Positions 40,113 to 49,539 of a stretch of 64,000 nucleotides of DNA are shown piece by piece. This stretch comes from Verrucomicrobiia bacterium (GTDB taxonomy: Bacteria; Verrucomicrobiota; Verrucomicrobiia; Limisphaerales; UBA1319). The stretch lies in assembly GCA_963664225.1 (NCBI GenBank), contig OY760937.1, positions 2,688,001 to 2,752,000 on the forward strand, written 5' to 3'. A model generated the notes under the pieces. That model saw only the letters and a program-made list of their open reading frames with translations. It made no database searches and had not been told where the DNA came from. Position numbers and translations under genes: made by a program. Position 1 is the stretch's first letter. Every line of letters begins with the position of its first letter.

Positions 40113-40727
40113 TCAACCATTCAGCGCCTCGTAAACCTTGCCGACAATCGCCTCGGAGGGCTTCAAGGTTTTCGCGCCTTTGCTCCAACGCGCCGGGCAC
40201 GCTTCCGCCGGGTGTTTCGCCAGGTAGGCATTGGCCTGCATCTTGCGCACCAGTTCATCCGCATTGCGGCCCACATTGTAGAAGTTGACCTCGGAGGAAA
40301 CGAGTTTTCCTTGGGGATTGATGATGAAGGTGCCCCGCAACGCGAGACCCGAGGCCGGATCGTAAACGCCGAAGAGCTTGCTCACAGCGCCGGTGCGGTC
40401 CGCGCCCATGGGGTATTGGACCTTCTCCAGAAGCTTCTCCGTGTCACGCCAGACCAGATGCGCGAACTTCGTATCTGTGGAAATAGAAATGACTTCCGCG
40501 CCCAAAGCCTGCAGTTCCTGATACTTGTCCGCCAGGTCCGCCAGTTCCGTGGGGCAGACAAAAGTGAAGTCTGCGGGATAAAAAACCAGAATGGTCCATT
40601 TGGACTTTTTCTTGAGAGCCTCCAGAGAAGTCTCGCCAAATTCGCGTTTCCTGGGATCGTAGATTTCGAGTTTGAAATCGGGCACATCCGCCCCGACCGT
40701 CACAAGCGTTTCTTCACAGCCACACAT
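40113..40727 (-). CDS. ahpC: 2-Cys peroxiredoxin
   Basis: FYPADFTFVCPTE and EACPARW motifs. Confidence 0.92.
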   Translation of the reverse strand: MCGCEETLVTVGADVPDFKLEIYDPRKREFGETSLEALKKKSKWTILVFYPADFTFVCPTELADLADKYQELQALGAEVISISTDTKFAHLVWRDTEKLLEKVQYPMGADRTGAVSKLFGVYDPASGLALRGTFIINPQGKLVSSEVNFYNVGRNADELVRKMQANAYLAKHPAEACPARWSKGAKTLKPSEAIVGKVYEALNG

Positions 40728-40915
40728 AGTCTTTTAAGGGTATTCTCCGTAATTATCGCCAAGCCCCATTTTTGTATTACCTGGGGAATTAAAATCCAAC
40801 CTCCGGGTTGGACGTTATTAAGAAAGCCCTTATTTCCAAAAAGTCAAGTAACGCAAAAGGGCGCCATGACGCCGGTCGGCGGTGGGGCGCCCTTTGCGCG
40901 AAAGCTCGAACAGGG

Positions 40916-42325
40916 TCAGGCCTGCCGCACAAATACGAGCTGCTGCCCGAACAGGGTGATGACGAAATAATCCCCCTCAACAATCCCATCCGAGGACGTA
41001 TCGTTGCCCTTATCGTCCTTCATTTTGATCGAGTAAGTATCGCCGTCGCCTTCCCAGGTGCCTTCGTAGGTCTTGGTCTCCATGACGAGGGGGACTGCCT
41101 CGGGCGGCGGGGCGGCGGCGGCGGGAGCAGGGGCGGCTGATGGCCGGCCATAGCGGGCTTCCATGCTGCCCGTCATCTGGCGCACCGCCGGGGCCAGCGC
41201 GCTGGGGGCCACGCCCAGACCACGGGTTCCGGGCCGGGGTGCCTGGCCGGCCATGGAGGCCTGCCTGGCCTGGGCTTGCTGCGCCAGTTTCTGCAAATCC
41301 ACAATCAACCCCTTGGTGACCAGGGTCACCTTGTTATCCGTGGTCGCTTTAAGCTGCGTTCCCTCAGCCATCTTTGCGAGCACCAACCGCAATGCTTTAA
41401 GCTCCCTGCTGGTAATATTCGGACGCTTCTTTCTGGCGTTGATGACCACCTGGTCGGCATCCAGCTCCCACCGGCCCAGAATCTTGATGGGATCGTAAAT
41501 GGCGGAAGTGCCCTTCTCCAGATAGGTGCGGAAATCCTTCAAATCGACCGCCAGCAACTGTTGCGTCAAATCCGTGGCCGCCACCACCCCCTCCATACGA
41601 GGATGCTTCACCAGATCCGCCAGACTGAGCTTGCCCTGCAACGATTCCATGAACTCCTTGTCGGCGGCCATGTCCTTCAAATCCTGGCGTTCACCCAGGT
41701 TCATGAAAGGCGGATAATCCTCCAAACGCTGCAACACAGCCGGATTGTTGTGATACAAAATGCCCAGAATATCCGTGATCTCGTAAAATTTCTTGGGCGC
41801 GGGATCGAAAGGCGCCACCAACCGATCAAATCCTGTGGTGTGCATATCCGCCCGGGCGCTGTTCAGCAGCTTTAACCACGACGGATCCGCCTCGTTGGCA
41901 AATTGCGCACTGAAATAACCGGGCACATAAATCGCCAGCGCCATCCAAAACACCAAAAACGCCCCCGCGAGCACACCCAAAGCAGCGCCCGCCCGCTGAT
42001 TAACGCGTTCAAACAGCGCCCGCTCGATATCGGGAGCCCTGAATTTCAGATACTTCGCCACGGGCAAATACACCACAAACGAAAGCCCCAGCGCCACCAG
42101 CACCACCAGCACATAGGCAAGCACGGGCGGCAACAACCACAGCCAGACCATGGCCTTGACCCCGCACCACACCAGCAATGGCTTGGTCAGGGGGGAGAGC
42201 GGCATCGCCAGCAATCCGCCCAAGGCGATCCCCAATAACAATACCGAAGTGCGCACCGCACCCAGAAACAGCCCTGCCGCAGCCAGGAGACCGCATGCAA
42301 CGAAAATGGCAATCCAAATGGTCAT
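40916..42325 (-). CDS. CvpA-family membrane protein with long soluble C-terminus
   Basis: Four N-terminal TM helices with NQRAGAALG motif. Confidence 0.6.
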   Translation of the reverse strand: MTIWIAIFVACGLLAAAGLFLGAVRTSVLLLGIALGGLLAMPLSPLTKPLLVWCGVKAMVWLWLLPPVLAYVLVVLVALGLSFVVYLPVAKYLKFRAPDIERALFERVNQRAGAALGVLAGAFLVFWMALAIYVPGYFSAQFANEADPSWLKLLNSARADMHTTGFDRLVAPFDPAPKKFYEITDILGILYHNNPAVLQRLEDYPPFMNLGERQDLKDMAADKEFMESLQGKLSLADLVKHPRMEGVVAATDLTQQLLAVDLKDFRTYLEKGTSAIYDPIKILGRWELDADQVVINARKKRPNITSRELKALRLVLAKMAEGTQLKATTDNKVTLVTKGLIVDLQKLAQQAQARQASMAGQAPRPGTRGLGVAPSALAPAVRQMTGSMEARYGRPSAAPAPAAAAPPPEAVPLVMETKTYEGTWEGDGDTYSIKMKDDKGNDTSSDGIVEGDYFVITLFGQQLVFVRQA

Positions 42326-42561
42326 GGAGCAAATTTAAAACCTCCCCCGCAAAAAGGCACGCGCAAAATTTTCGAGATTATGTCCCGCTCCGTCCCGCAC
42401 ACGAACTGAACTTTTTGCCGAACAAAGCGTCCCCAGACACGGCACGCTCCATTGCCGGTCATCAGCGCCTTCATCGTGACAGATTCCCGGTCGGCCAATA
42501 TCCACAAGCGAATTACACTTGCGCTGACAAATGTTTATCATAATCTGTTGAGCGTGGATGC

Positions 42562-42636
42562 GGCGGGGTAGCCAAGTGGTAAGGCAGGGCTCTGCAAAAG
42601 CCTCATGCGTCGGTTCAATTCCGACCCTCGCCTCCA
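42562..42636 (+). tRNA. tRNA-Cys (GCA)
   Basis: Acceptor stem GGCGGGG/CCTCGCC, anticodon arm GGGCT-CTGCAAA-AGCCT, T-arm GTCGG-TTCAATT-CCGAC, encoded CCA end. Confidence 0.97.
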
Positions 42637-42811
42637 AGCTTAACTGTGTGTGCAGTAATGGTTTAGGAGCCTGGGAGTCCAGAACGGACACCAAAACGGA
42701 CACCCAATTCGCGACTCTGGCACTAGGCCGTCACTAATCTGGCACCGCCTTCCCAGTGCTCGCTCACCGTTCGGAAGCGTTTCAAGTATGCTCGGTCATT
42801 GCGAGTGAACT

Positions 42812-43918
42812 ATGAAAATGCGATACCGTCTGATGCGGCGCGGCAGCCGCGGCCGCACCTTCTATTGCGTCGATACCCTCACGGGCAAACGCGTGAGTCT
42901 CCAGACCGGCGATCCCGATGCCGCCGAACAGGTGGTCCTGGCCCGGAACCAGTCGCTGCGCCAGCCCTCCCTCAACTTGAACATCGCCAAGGCCTATCTG
43001 GCGGGGAGCGATTCGGGGGTGGCCACGCGCACCTGGCAGCAAGCCATGGACGCGATGGTCGCCAACAAACAGGGAGCCAATCAGAAGCGATGGCAGAATG
43101 CCATCAAAGACAAGGCCTTCAATCTCATCCGCCGTCAGGTCATCATCGAAACCAAGGGCGAACACCTCCTGTTCACGATTCAGAGCGGCACCGTCAGCAC
43201 CAATGTGTTCCTGCGCAAATTGCATAACTTCTGCCTCGATATGAACTGGCTGCCCTGGCCGCTGATTGCCAAACGACAATGGCCCATCATTCGTTTCAAA
43301 GAGAAACGCGCCATCACCCTCGCGGAGCACCAGCAGATCCTCGCGCGTGAGAAAAATCCCGAACGCAAAGCCTATTACCAGATGGCCTGGCACTCGGGCG
43401 CGTCGCAAACCGATCTGGCTTTCTTGCAGGCCGACGACATCGATTGGGAAAACCGCACCATTGGTTATCTGCGCCGGAAAACGAAGTCCGTGGCCCAGAT
43501 GCACTTCGGAAATGAAGTCGAGGCGGTTCTCCGAACTCTGCCGCTCAACGGGCCCCTGTTTCCCTACCTGCGGACAGTGCGGGAGGCCGACCGCAGCACG
43601 GAATTCAAGCAGCGGTGCATGGGCTTGGGAATCACAGGCGTCACGCTGCATTCCTACCGCTACGCCTGGGCCGAACGGGCGCGCAAGTGTGGCTATCCCG
43701 AGCGTTTCGCCCAGGAAGCCCTGGGGCACAACTCGAAGGCCGTGCATCGCGCCTACGCCCGGCGGGCGCTGGTCCGCCTGCCTTCCCTGGAGGAATACGA
43801 GCTGCGCCCGGAGAAGAACATTATCGTTCCGCTGCGCTTCAATCCACCGGCCATCCCAGAGCCAGCCAGCCAAACCAGTCACAATGAAGGAGAGCAGAAA
43901 ACGGCTGCCGTCTCATGA
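42812..43918 (+). CDS. Tyrosine recombinase/integrase
   Basis: TLHSYR (HxxR), LGHNS and catalytic Tyr in HRAYA; N-terminal arm-binding-like region. Confidence 0.9.
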   Translation: MKMRYRLMRRGSRGRTFYCVDTLTGKRVSLQTGDPDAAEQVVLARNQSLRQPSLNLNIAKAYLAGSDSGVATRTWQQAMDAMVANKQGANQKRWQNAIKDKAFNLIRRQVIIETKGEHLLFTIQSGTVSTNVFLRKLHNFCLDMNWLPWPLIAKRQWPIIRFKEKRAITLAEHQQILAREKNPERKAYYQMAWHSGASQTDLAFLQADDIDWENRTIGYLRRKTKSVAQMHFGNEVEAVLRTLPLNGPLFPYLRTVREADRSTEFKQRCMGLGITGVTLHSYRYAWAERARKCGYPERFAQEALGHNSKAVHRAYARRALVRLPSLEEYELRPEKNIIVPLRFNPPAIPEPASQTSHNEGEQKTAAVS

Positions 43919-44108
43919 TCCCAAAGGTAAAGTGGTAAAGGCCGGTCTCGGGCCTTCGGCAGGCTCGTTCGGCCTGGGGTCTCAACGACCGTTGAAACAA
44001 CGTTTCGGATTGGTTGACTAGCCGGTTTGAGTTGCGATAAAACGACTTTACCCACGAAGCAGGCGCCGGTTCCATTGAAGAACCGGCCCAATGACAGGGA
44101 GGAGGTTC

Positions 44109-47100
44109 ATGCCGGCAGCAGGCAGGGTCATTAAAAACGATCTGCAACTTGATTTGTTCACTTTTGACCGAAGGAGACCAGCCTATGATCAAGCCACTGA
44201 CGCAACTCGGCTTAATGGCCGAGAAACACTGGAGAAAATATCTACCGAAAATGGTCGCGGAATTGGAAGCCAAGGGTCAACTCCAAGCCATGCTGCTGGA
44301 GGCGGAGGAAAAGACCGAGGCGGACCTGGACCGGATTCGACGGCAGTTGATTCAGTGGGGCCAGTCTCCCCTGCAAGCGCACGTCCAGGCCTGGGAAATG
44401 GTCCGCCAACACTACATCTTACTCCCGCCCGAGTCTTAGCAAACGGCCACGATGCTGTCGGCCATCGGGAGGACCTCAACGCGGGCAGTGACGAAATCAG
44501 TAACTGCAGGCCGGTTTCACCGTCCGCCGCCGAGGAGCAGCAGCAAGGTGAACCGGATCTGTCGTGCCAGAAGACCCCGGTCCTTGAACCCGAACCGATC
44601 CGTAACCAGACCAACTATCGGATTACCGCCGGAGATCGCCTGGGAAGCGGGTCGCTGAAACAAAAGTGCCACGACAACCTCGCGGCCATTGAATTGCTCA
44701 AGCGCCTCGAGGCCGAAGCCCGACCGCCTACCATTGAGGAAAAGAGGGGGATGGTGCGTTACATCGGTTGGGGCGGATTACCCCAGGTCTTTGATGTCTG
44801 GAATGACGAGTGGAAGGAACAACGCGAACGGTTGGAGCGGTTGCTTGATCCCGACGAAATGGAATCCGCCCGTGCTTCCACCCTGAACGCCCATTACACG
44901 GCCCCGCAAGTCATTCAGGCCATGTATGCCGCGTTGCAGCGGTTCGGTTTTACTTGCGGGCGTATTCTCGAACCCGCCTTGGGTCTTGGACATTTCATCG
45001 GCCTCATGCCCGACGAAATGCATTCCCGCTCGCTGATCACCGGTATCGAAATAGACTCGCTCACCGCCCGGTTGGCCAAGGCACTTTATCCCGACGCCGA
45101 CATCCGGCATCAACCGTTCGAGGAAACCAAGCTGCCGGACGGGTTCTACGATGTGGCCATTTCCAACATTCCTTTCGGGAACTACAAGCCCTTCGATCCC
45201 CGGTTCAAAGGCTGGAATTTCCTCATCCATGATTATTTCTTCGCCGCCGCGCTCAACAAGATTCGCCCTGGCGGACTGGTCCTGTTCATCACTTCGCACG
45301 GCACGCTCGACAAACAGGACGCCGCGCTTCGGAATTACCTCCTCCAACAGGCGGACCTGCTGGGGGCCATCCGTCTGCCCAACGATGCCTTCAAACGCAA
45401 TGCCAACACCGAAGTCACCACCGACATCGTCATGTTGCGCAAGCGGCTTCCGGGTGAAACACCAAAAGGCCCGGAATGGATGCAGACCGTCGAGATCACC
45501 AACTCGGTGGGGGAAACCATTTCGATCAACGAATACTTCGCCGCCCACCCGGAAATGCTGCTGGGCGAGATGCGTCTGGAGGGCCGGATGTATGGGCGGG
45601 GTGAAGCGACGCTCGTCGGTAACAAGCGTGACCTGGCAGAGCAATTGGCCGAGGCCATCGCGTTGCTGCCACGGGACATATTCCGTCGCGAGATCAAGAC
45701 GGTTGAAAAACCGTCGCTGTCCCATACGTTCCCCGCCCCGGAACATGTCAAGCCCAACGCCTATACCATCGTCAACGGTCAGATCGCCATTCGCGACGAA
45801 GACCGTCTGCGGGTGGTGACCGGGCTGTCCTCCCAAGTGGCCGCGCGTATACGAGGGCTGATCCGCGTGCGGGACGCCATGCGGCGGTGTCTCCTGGCCC
45901 AAGTCAAGGAAGCCGATGAGGGCGAAGTCGCCACGTCCCGAGAGCAACTCAACCACGCCTACGATTATTTTGTGGCCCGGTTCGGACCGATTTCCGAACG
46001 CGCCAATACCAGCGCCTTCCGGGGGGATCCGGATCAGCCGCTGTTGTTGTCCCTCGAGAATTACAACGAGGAAACCCGGCGCGCGACCAAGGCCGCCATC
46101 TTCCGGGAAAGAACCATTCAGAAAAAACGTCCTCTGGCTGTCGTCAACTCCCCGGAAGAAGCCTTGCTTGTCACCTTGAACGAGCGGGGCTGCGTGGACC
46201 TGGACTACCTGGCCGGCCTGCTCCATCGCCGCCCGACGGAGTTCCTGCCGGACCTGCGCGGCACGATCTTCCTCAATCCCCAGACCAATCGCTGGGAAAC
46301 CGAGGATGCCTACCTGTCGGGCAATGTTCGGGCGAAATTGGAGACCGCCGAAGCGGCCCTGCTGTTGGATGAACAATTCAAAATCAACGTCGAGGCGCTC
46401 AAAGCCGTCCAACCGACTGACCTATCGGCGGTGGAGATTGATGCCCGCATGGGCAGCACGTGGGTTCCGCCAGAGGACATCGAGCGATTCGCCGAAGAAC
46501 TGCTGGGCGAAACGAGCATCCATGTCAGCCATGCCCCGCAGCTTGGGCTGTGGGTCGTGCGTGGTGGTTGGAGCGCAAAAAGCTCCATCGCCAACACGGC
46601 GGAATGGGGCACGGAACAGCGTAGCGCCCTCGACCTTATCGAGGATGCCCTAAACCTGCGAACCCCCACCGTTTATGAACACGATCCACACACCGACCGC
46701 GACGTGGTGGATGTCGCGGCCACCGAGGCCGCCCGCGACAAACAAGAGAAGATCAAAGAGCGATTCAAGGAATGGATTTGGCAGGATGATGCCCGGCGGG
46801 AAAGGTTGGCACGGAAATACAACGACGAGTTCAACCACACCCGGCTCCGGTCGTTCAACGGCAATCATCTCACCCTGCCTGGGGCCAGTCCTGCGATTGA
46901 CCTCCGCTCACACCAGAAAGCCGCCGTGTGGCGCATCCTGCAAACGCCCAACTGCCTGCTGGCCCACGTGGTCGGGGCGGGCAAAACTTACGTGATGGTG
47001 GCCGCCGCCATGGAGTTGAAGCGGCTGGGGCTGGCGCAAAAGCCACTGATTACCGTGCCTAACCACATGCTCGGCCAGTTCACGTCCGAATTACTGGGGC

Positions 47101-49349
47101 TGTATCCCGGGGCCAACATCCTCGTGGCCACCAAGGACGATTTTGAGAAAGAGAAGCGCAAGACCTTGATGAGCCGGATAGCCACAGGCAATTGGGACGC
47201 CGTCATCGTCACCCATTCCGGGTTCGAGAAAATCCCCGTCGCACGGGAAACCCAGGAGGAATTCTTTCAGGAACACTTGCGGGAACTGACTCTGGCCATC
47301 GAACAGCAGCGAAAGGAGGGCGACTGTCGTATCATCAAGGCCCTGGAACGCGCCAAGAAGCAATTGGAGTCCAAGATGAAGGAAATGGCGGCGAATGAGA
47401 AGAAAGACGACGGGCTCACGTTTGAGGAATTGGGCGTGGACCGGTTGTTCGTGGACGAAGCCCATTGCTTCAAGAACCTGTTCTATGTCTCCAAGATGAC
47501 ACGCATCGCCGGTCTGCCCCAGACGGCGTCGCAGCGCGCCTTTGATATGTTCCTGAAGGCGCAGCATGTGCAGCGAATGAATGGTGGAGGAGGCGTGGTG
47601 TTTGCAACGGGCACGCCGGTCACCAATAGCGTGGCGGAAATGTTCACCATGCAGCGGTTCCTCCAGATGATGACGCTGAAGGATCAGAACGTGGCCCATT
47701 TCGATTCCTGGGCGGCGACCTTCGGCGAGCCGGTGACGGCGATGGAATTATCCCCGGACGGTTCTGGCTACCGGTTGCACACGCGCTTTGCCCGGTTCAT
47801 CAATGTCCCGGAATTGATGCAGATGTTCCGTCAAGTGGCCGACATTCAAACGCAGGAGATGCTCAAGTTGCCAGTCCCCGAATTGAGGCAGGGAAAACCG
47901 GCCGTCATCAGTTCTCCGTGCTCACCGGAATTGAAAGAGATCGTTCAGTCGCTGGTCGAGCGGGCTGAGGCATTGCGCACCGGCTCAGTTGATCCACGTG
48001 ATGACAACATGCTTCTGGTCACCACCGATGGTCGTAAGGCAGCTCTGGACTTGCGATTGCACGATCCATCGCTGCCCGACCATGACAACAGCAAGGTCAA
48101 CCGGGCAGTCGAGATGATTGAACGCATCTGGCGGGAGACTGCGGATGGCCGTTCCGCGCAATTGGTGTTCTGCGACATGTCCATTCCGACCGGCGGCAAG
48201 GGATTTTCGGTCTATGAAGACATACGCGGCAAATTGATTGTGCGAGGTGTGCCGGAAAAGGAAATCGCCTTTATCCAGGATCACGATAGCGATGCCGCCA
48301 AGCTGATGCTGTTCCGGGATGTGCGGGCAGGCAAGGTGCGGATTCTTATCGGCAGCACACAGAAAATGGGCACCGGTGCGAATGTTCAGGAACGCTTGAT
48401 AGCCTTGCATCACCTCGACGCGCCATGGCGGCCAGCGGATGTCGAGCAGCGCGAAGGCCGCATCCTGCGACAAGGCAACTCGAATCCTGAAATCCAGATC
48501 TACCGATACGTTACCGAAGCCTCGTTCGACGCCTACATGTGGCAAACGCTGGAGACCAAGGCCAAGTTCATTGGCCAGGTGATGACCGGCGAGAGCGATT
48601 TGCGGCGCATCGAGGATATTGATGGCACGGCCCTAACCTATGCCGAAGTGAAGGCCATCGCGTCGGGCAATCCGCTCGTGATCGAGAAGGCCCGGATTGA
48701 TGCTGAGGTCGCACGCCTCAGCCGATTGCATTGTGAACACCAGGAAACTCAATTCCGACTCCGGTCTCGGGTCCGGCACCTGACCGATGAGCTTCCGCGT
48801 CTGGAAAAACGGTTGGAGGATGTGGGCCGGGATATTGGGACACGTCAGGACACCAGCGGCGACAAGTTCGTCCTGATGCTGGAAGGCCAGGAGATCCGGG
48901 ACCGGGGGATTGCCGGCGAACTCCTGCTCCGTCGGGCGGAACGGATGCGCGGGAGTCGCTCCGAGCGCCTGGCGGGCAGCTTGGCAGGCTTCCAGTTATT
49001 CGTTGCCGACAACTTCATGCAAGGCCCCGAATTGGTGATCAAGGGGACCACGACCTACACCGTCAAAGTCACCGACACAGCGCTGGGCACCATTCGTTCA
49101 CTGGAGCACACGATTCAGCACCTCGAAGAACTCTCGGCGAATCTGACCCAAAACATTCAGGACAACCGGAAACGGCTGGCGGACCTCCATGTCCATGCCG
49201 ACACACCCTTCGAATACGCTGAACGCCTCGCTTCGCTCAGTCGCCGCCAGCAGGAGATTTCGGACGAACTGGATTTGACCAAGAATCAAACGCCAGCACA
49301 AATGGAGACAACGGAGGATAGACAAGAAAATGTCGCGGTTGAAAGTTAG
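44109..49349 (+). CDS. Large N6-adenine methyltransferase / SNF2-like helicase fusion (N12-class, DarB-like)
   Basis: LEPALGLG (motif I), SNIPF (motif IV), AHVVGAGKT, FVDEAH and QREGRILRQGN; GGAGG before ATG 44109 (ORF open from 44091). Confidence 0.88.
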   Translation: MPAAGRVIKNDLQLDLFTFDRRRPAYDQATDATRLNGRETLEKISTENGRGIGSQGSTPSHAAGGGGKDRGGPGPDSTAVDSVGPVSPASARPGLGNGPPTLHLTPARVLANGHDAVGHREDLNAGSDEISNCRPVSPSAAEEQQQGEPDLSCQKTPVLEPEPIRNQTNYRITAGDRLGSGSLKQKCHDNLAAIELLKRLEAEARPPTIEEKRGMVRYIGWGGLPQVFDVWNDEWKEQRERLERLLDPDEMESARASTLNAHYTAPQVIQAMYAALQRFGFTCGRILEPALGLGHFIGLMPDEMHSRSLITGIEIDSLTARLAKALYPDADIRHQPFEETKLPDGFYDVAISNIPFGNYKPFDPRFKGWNFLIHDYFFAAALNKIRPGGLVLFITSHGTLDKQDAALRNYLLQQADLLGAIRLPNDAFKRNANTEVTTDIVMLRKRLPGETPKGPEWMQTVEITNSVGETISINEYFAAHPEMLLGEMRLEGRMYGRGEATLVGNKRDLAEQLAEAIALLPRDIFRREIKTVEKPSLSHTFPAPEHVKPNAYTIVNGQIAIRDEDRLRVVTGLSSQVAARIRGLIRVRDAMRRCLLAQVKEADEGEVATSREQLNHAYDYFVARFGPISERANTSAFRGDPDQPLLLSLENYNEETRRATKAAIFRERTIQKKRPLAVVNSPEEALLVTLNERGCVDLDYLAGLLHRRPTEFLPDLRGTIFLNPQTNRWETEDAYLSGNVRAKLETAEAALLLDEQFKINVEALKAVQPTDLSAVEIDARMGSTWVPPEDIERFAEELLGETSIHVSHAPQLGLWVVRGGWSAKSSIANTAEWGTEQRSALDLIEDALNLRTPTVYEHDPHTDRDVVDVAATEAARDKQEKIKERFKEWIWQDDARRERLARKYNDEFNHTRLRSFNGNHLTLPGASPAIDLRSHQKAAVWRILQTPNCLLAHVVGAGKTYVMVAAAMELKRLGLAQKPLITVPNHMLGQFTSELLGLYPGANILVATKDDFEKEKRKTLMSRIATGNWDAVIVTHSGFEKIPVARETQEEFFQEHLRELTLAIEQQRKEGDCRIIKALERAKKQLESKMKEMAANEKKDDGLTFEELGVDRLFVDEAHCFKNLFYVSKMTRIAGLPQTASQRAFDMFLKAQHVQRMNGGGGVVFATGTPVTNSVAEMFTMQRFLQMMTLKDQNVAHFDSWAATFGEPVTAMELSPDGSGYRLHTRFARFINVPELMQMFRQVADIQTQEMLKLPVPELRQGKPAVISSPCSPELKEIVQSLVERAEALRTGSVDPRDDNMLLVTTDGRKAALDLRLHDPSLPDHDNSKVNRAVEMIERIWRETADGRSAQLVFCDMSIPTGGKGFSVYEDIRGKLIVRGVPEKEIAFIQDHDSDAAKLMLFRDVRAGKVRILIGSTQKMGTGANVQERLIALHHLDAPWRPADVEQREGRILRQGNSNPEIQIYRYVTEASFDAYMWQTLETKAKFIGQVMTGESDLRRIEDIDGTALTYAEVKAIASGNPLVIEKARIDAEVARLSRLHCEHQETQFRLRSRVRHLTDELPRLEKRLEDVGRDIGTRQDTSGDKFVLMLEGQEIRDRGIAGELLLRRAERMRGSRSERLAGSLAGFQLFVADNFMQGPELVIKGTTTYTVKVTDTALGTIRSLEHTIQHLEELSANLTQNIQDNRKRLADLHVHADTPFEYAERLASLSRRQQEISDELDLTKNQTPAQMETTEDRQENVAVES
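44185..44439 (+). CDS. Small TnpV-like helical protein overprinted on the helicase 5' end
   Basis: AAGGAG RBS at 44171-76; MIKPLTQLGLMAEKHWRKYLPKMVAELEAKGQL…AWEMVRQHYILLPPE. Confidence 0.65.
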   Translation: MIKPLTQLGLMAEKHWRKYLPKMVAELEAKGQLQAMLLEAEEKTEADLDRIRRQLIQWGQSPLQAHVQAWEMVRQHYILLPPES

Positions 49350-49539
49350 CGCCACCACATTCGATCTTTGGCCTATTACTGAAGTCGGCGGTCGGACTGG
49401 GGCCTTTTTGTGCTCAAATCGGGGCTTTTTGATCCGATTCTAAGTGACTACTTCAGGACATTTGCGCTAACACCGGCAGAATTTGAATTATCTCCGTTAT
49501 GCACAGTTTTATGCACACTTTTATCGGCTTATCGGGAAG

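Noticed and set aside
42782..43882. 366-aa minus-strand ORF
   Set aside because: Antisense shadow of the integrase.
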